Below, piece after piece: positions 61,334 to 64,000 of a stretch of 64,000 nt of DNA (positions within the stretch are counted from its first letter, which is position 1; the number at the start of each line of letters is the position of its first letter). The notes beneath the pieces were generated by a model. That model was not told where the DNA came from, searched no databases, and saw only the letters and a list, made by a program, of their open reading frames with translations. The stretch spans positions 23,761 to 87,760 of the forward strand of contig JBDRRF010000018.1 in assembly GCA_043825875.1 (NCBI GenBank). Direction: 5' to 3'. A program made the translations under genes and the position numbers. Source of the DNA: Pseudomonadota bacterium (GTDB lineage Bacteria; Desulfobacterota; Desulfobacteria; Desulfobacterales; RPRI01).

Positions 61334-61969
61334 TTATCGCCTTCTTCTGCCTTTTTTCTTCCCTTTTTTCTTACTTTTGGAAGCATCAGCTTTTAAAAAT
61401 CTATAAGTAACTGCGGTACATGAAGTGAAAAGTTTGTTACCCTTGTCTACTTTCATGTTTATATTATTTATATTAACTATTCTTGGAAGCCGTGCCACTT
61501 TATCAAAAAATGTTGCAACATTATGATACTTGCCGATAACTTGAATGGATACAGGAATTTCTGCATAAAAATTTTTTTGCCTTTCTCCTTGTGGCTGAAA
61601 TAAAATAAATTCAAGCCCGGCATCCTGGCCACATAATGAAATACTTTCTAAAAGTGTTGGGATCTCTTTTTTTTCTGGAAGAGCTTTCAATACTATTTTT
61701 AATTTAACATCAGCTTTATACATTTTATCTTTAAATTCAGGTAATGTTTTTGATGTTTTTACAGCAATATCAAGTTTTTTTGTTAATTTATTGTATTCAG
61801 AATCAAGCTTTTTTATTTTATCTAATTTCGGAAGCCATAGTGCATATACAAATATGCCAACAGTAGCAATTAATATACCGCAAAAAATAAGAATTCTTTG
61901 TATCTTTGAAAGCTTTTCAAGCTTTTCAAAAATAGGTGCTAATGATTTTGAAAGTTCAGGCTTTTCCAT
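61334..61969 (-). CDS. pilO: Type IV pilus protein PilO
   Basis: LP..EIP.LL, FYAEIP, G.YH..F..VA.L.RIV. Confidence 0.93.
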   Translation of the reverse strand: MEKPELSKSLAPIFEKLEKLSKIQRILIFCGILIATVGIFVYALWLPKLDKIKKLDSEYNKLTKKLDIAVKTSKTLPEFKDKMYKADVKLKIVLKALPEKKEIPTLLESISLCGQDAGLEFILFQPQGERQKNFYAEIPVSIQVIGKYHNVATFFDKVARLPRIVNINNINMKVDKGNKLFTSCTAVTYRFLKADASKSKKKGKKKGRRRR

Positions 61970-61971
61970 TA

Positions 61972-62556
61972 TTATTTCTTTTTTGCTCCGATTTTTGCTC
62001 TTTCACCTGGAGTATATTTAACACACGAAATTACAAAATTTTTGAAGCTTGCCTGCTTGCCTTTGGCTCCACTTTTTTTCAATGTTTTCAAATTTACAGT
62101 TCTAAATATTTTTGAACCTTCCAAACTTGTCATGAAATCAGCAACTGTCTGATTATCTACAGCTATACCTGAAATATTAACATTATTTCCATTTGACTTA
62201 AAAGTGACAAACCACATTCTTTTAGGAATAATCAAACTTGTCATTGCATCCAGAAGCCTTACCGGCTCATAACGGTTTGCCTCCAGACCATTAATAATCC
62301 CCATTCTTTTATTTAAAATATCAAGTTTCTTTTTTATTTCTGCAAGTTCTTTATTAATGACTGCATATTTTGCGATTTCTATCTTTTTACTTTCAACTTT
62401 CCCGCTAATCTCTTTAACTTGATCGCTTAATCTGAAATTTTGAAATGCTAAAAGAATAAATACCAGCAATAATGCCAAAGATAATATTGATATCTGACGG
62501 CGAATATTCTCTTTTTTTCTAGCTGTACGAAAAGGAAGAAGATTAATCCTGATCAT
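61972..62556 (-). CDS. pilN: Type IV pilus protein PilN
   Basis: IRINLLP motif followed by TM. Confidence 0.93.
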   Translation of the reverse strand: MIRINLLPFRTARKKENIRRQISILSLALLLVFILLAFQNFRLSDQVKEISGKVESKKIEIAKYAVINKELAEIKKKLDILNKRMGIINGLEANRYEPVRLLDAMTSLIIPKRMWFVTFKSNGNNVNISGIAVDNQTVADFMTSLEGSKIFRTVNLKTLKKSGAKGKQASFKNFVISCVKYTPGERAKIGAKKK

Positions 62557-63605
62557 TTATCATCAATCCTTCTTAATGCCAAGCCCATACTGATAGCAGC
62601 TTGAGGAGCAATTTTTTCCAGGTAAGTTGAATCTAAATTATCAGCCAATTCCAATTTATTAAATGGATCAATAAGCTCTACTTCAGCTGAGGTTTCCATA
62701 GACAAAAGCTGGCGAAAATCTTTTATATTTGCTCCACCTCCGCTTAATATAATTTTTGTTATAGAATCATCCGGATACGTAGAATAAAAAAAGTCAAGCG
62801 CCCTTTTTATTTCCGTACACCAGTCTGATACAACCGAAGAGACTATTTCTTTTAAATCATCTGTAGAAACTTTATCATTCTGGCTGCCAAATTTTATTTG
62901 TTCAGCTTCTTCTAAAGTACAGCCTGCAAGAGATACGATTTTTTGGTTTATCTGCCCGCACCCCAGAGAAACATCTCTCATAAATAGTGATGAAAAACCT
63001 TTTAAAATATTTAATGATGTCTTACTTGCACCTATATCAATTAATGCGATGTTTTCGCTAGATTCATCATAATTAAATTCAAATATATTTTGGAGCGCAA
63101 AGGCTTCCACATCAATTATGCAGGGATTAAGACCGGCTATCTGGACGAGATTTAAGTATTCATTCACCATTTCTTTTTTGGCGGCAACAAGAAAAACACT
63201 CATCTGGTTAGGATTGTTTTCATTTTCTCCGATAATTTGGAAATCAAGATTAACATCACTAATATCAAAAGGAATATACTGTTCAGCCTCAAACTGGATA
63301 GTTTCCTGAAGCTTATCCTCATCCATTTTCTGAACGTATATTTTTTTTACAATAACAGCAAATCCGCCTATTGACACCGCAACATTATTTTCAGTCAGCT
63401 TATTATCTTTAAATAATTTGCGGATATACTCCGCTATCTTTTCACTATCATTTATAGTTCCGTCTTCTATAAGCCCTGGCGGGATATCAATCGTACAAAA
63501 CTTTCTGAGGCGATATCCTCTCTTAGTCTCAACAATTTCAGCGGCTTTAAGGATTCTTGATCCAATATCCAAGCCAACAAGATTATTTTTATTACCGAAT
63601 GCCAT
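62553..63605 (-). CDS. pilM: Type IV pilus protein PilM
   Basis: GLDIGS, EAEQYIPF, DIGA, LSGGG, GLALR. Confidence 0.95.
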   Translation of the reverse strand: MAFGNKNNLVGLDIGSRILKAAEIVETKRGYRLRKFCTIDIPPGLIEDGTINDSEKIAEYIRKLFKDNKLTENNVAVSIGGFAVIVKKIYVQKMDEDKLQETIQFEAEQYIPFDISDVNLDFQIIGENENNPNQMSVFLVAAKKEMVNEYLNLVQIAGLNPCIIDVEAFALQNIFEFNYDESSENIALIDIGASKTSLNILKGFSSLFMRDVSLGCGQINQKIVSLAGCTLEEAEQIKFGSQNDKVSTDDLKEIVSSVVSDWCTEIKRALDFFYSTYPDDSITKIILSGGGANIKDFRQLLSMETSAEVELIDPFNKLELADNLDSTYLEKIAPQAAISMGLALRRIDDK

Positions 63606-63619
63606 AAGACACTCTCATC

Positions 63620-63817
63620 TCAATCGCCAAATATTTTGTTTTTATCAGAAAGACTAAAGCCCATTGCCAGTATTATTTTACGCTTTGTCTCCATACGACA
63701 AGGCATACCTTCTTCAATACGGGAAATTGTAATAGAAGAAACATTTGCCTTTCTGGCAAGTTCCGCTTTACTCATCATAAGAGATTCCCTGATTTTTTTT
63801 AATGAATTCTTTGCCAT
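63620..63817 (-). CDS. Small XRE-family HTH protein upstream of pilM
   Basis: SKAELARKA.VS..TI.RIE.G. Confidence 0.85.
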   Translation of the reverse strand: MAKNSLKKIRESLMMSKAELARKANVSSITISRIEEGMPCRMETKRKIILAMGFSLSDKNKIFGD

Positions 63818-64000
63818 TGATCGTACATCCTGATACATTTTTGTTCACCTGTATTTTACAATTTACAGTTTAATTTATATATGTCAAGCAAATTTATATA
63901 TAATTTATATATAGTTATGGATAGATACTTTATATTGCGTATCATTAGCAAATCATCACAACAGATAGTATATTTAATATTATTTTTTAATAAATTTTTT

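Overview
AT-rich bacterial chromosome segment. Gene content (PxxKW protein, archaeal-type aroA'/aroB', HdrD-like Fe-S oxidoreductase, pilMNOPQ) suggests Desulfobacterota, probably Desulfobacterales; this is an inference. Most genes are housekeeping: glnS, rmuC, queCE, an aromatic amino-acid operon, a purine/5'-deoxyadenosine salvage cluster, motAB, a CHASE2-kinase/PP2C/FHA operon, phoH-HD-ybeY, serS-thrC and type IV pilus genes. The non-coding DNA is more unusual. (1) An integrase-less integron-type cassette array (three attC-like sites, 9.0-10.9 kb) is headed by a ~150-165 bp promoter+attI-like module found three times, once with a duplicated queC tail and once at the start of the window. (2) A Phe/Tyr-rich leader peptide precedes a six-segment, double-terminator attenuator ahead of the aro operon. 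(3) A ~240-nt candidate doubly pseudoknotted RNA follows a cold-shock gene. (4) Several MITE/REP-like families appear to swap terminal repeats and cargo. (5) There are several pseudogenes (DUF559, RelE, DAG kinase, elbB remnant). No rRNA, tRNA, CRISPR array, integrase or transposase was recognised. All calls were made by eye; no searches were run.
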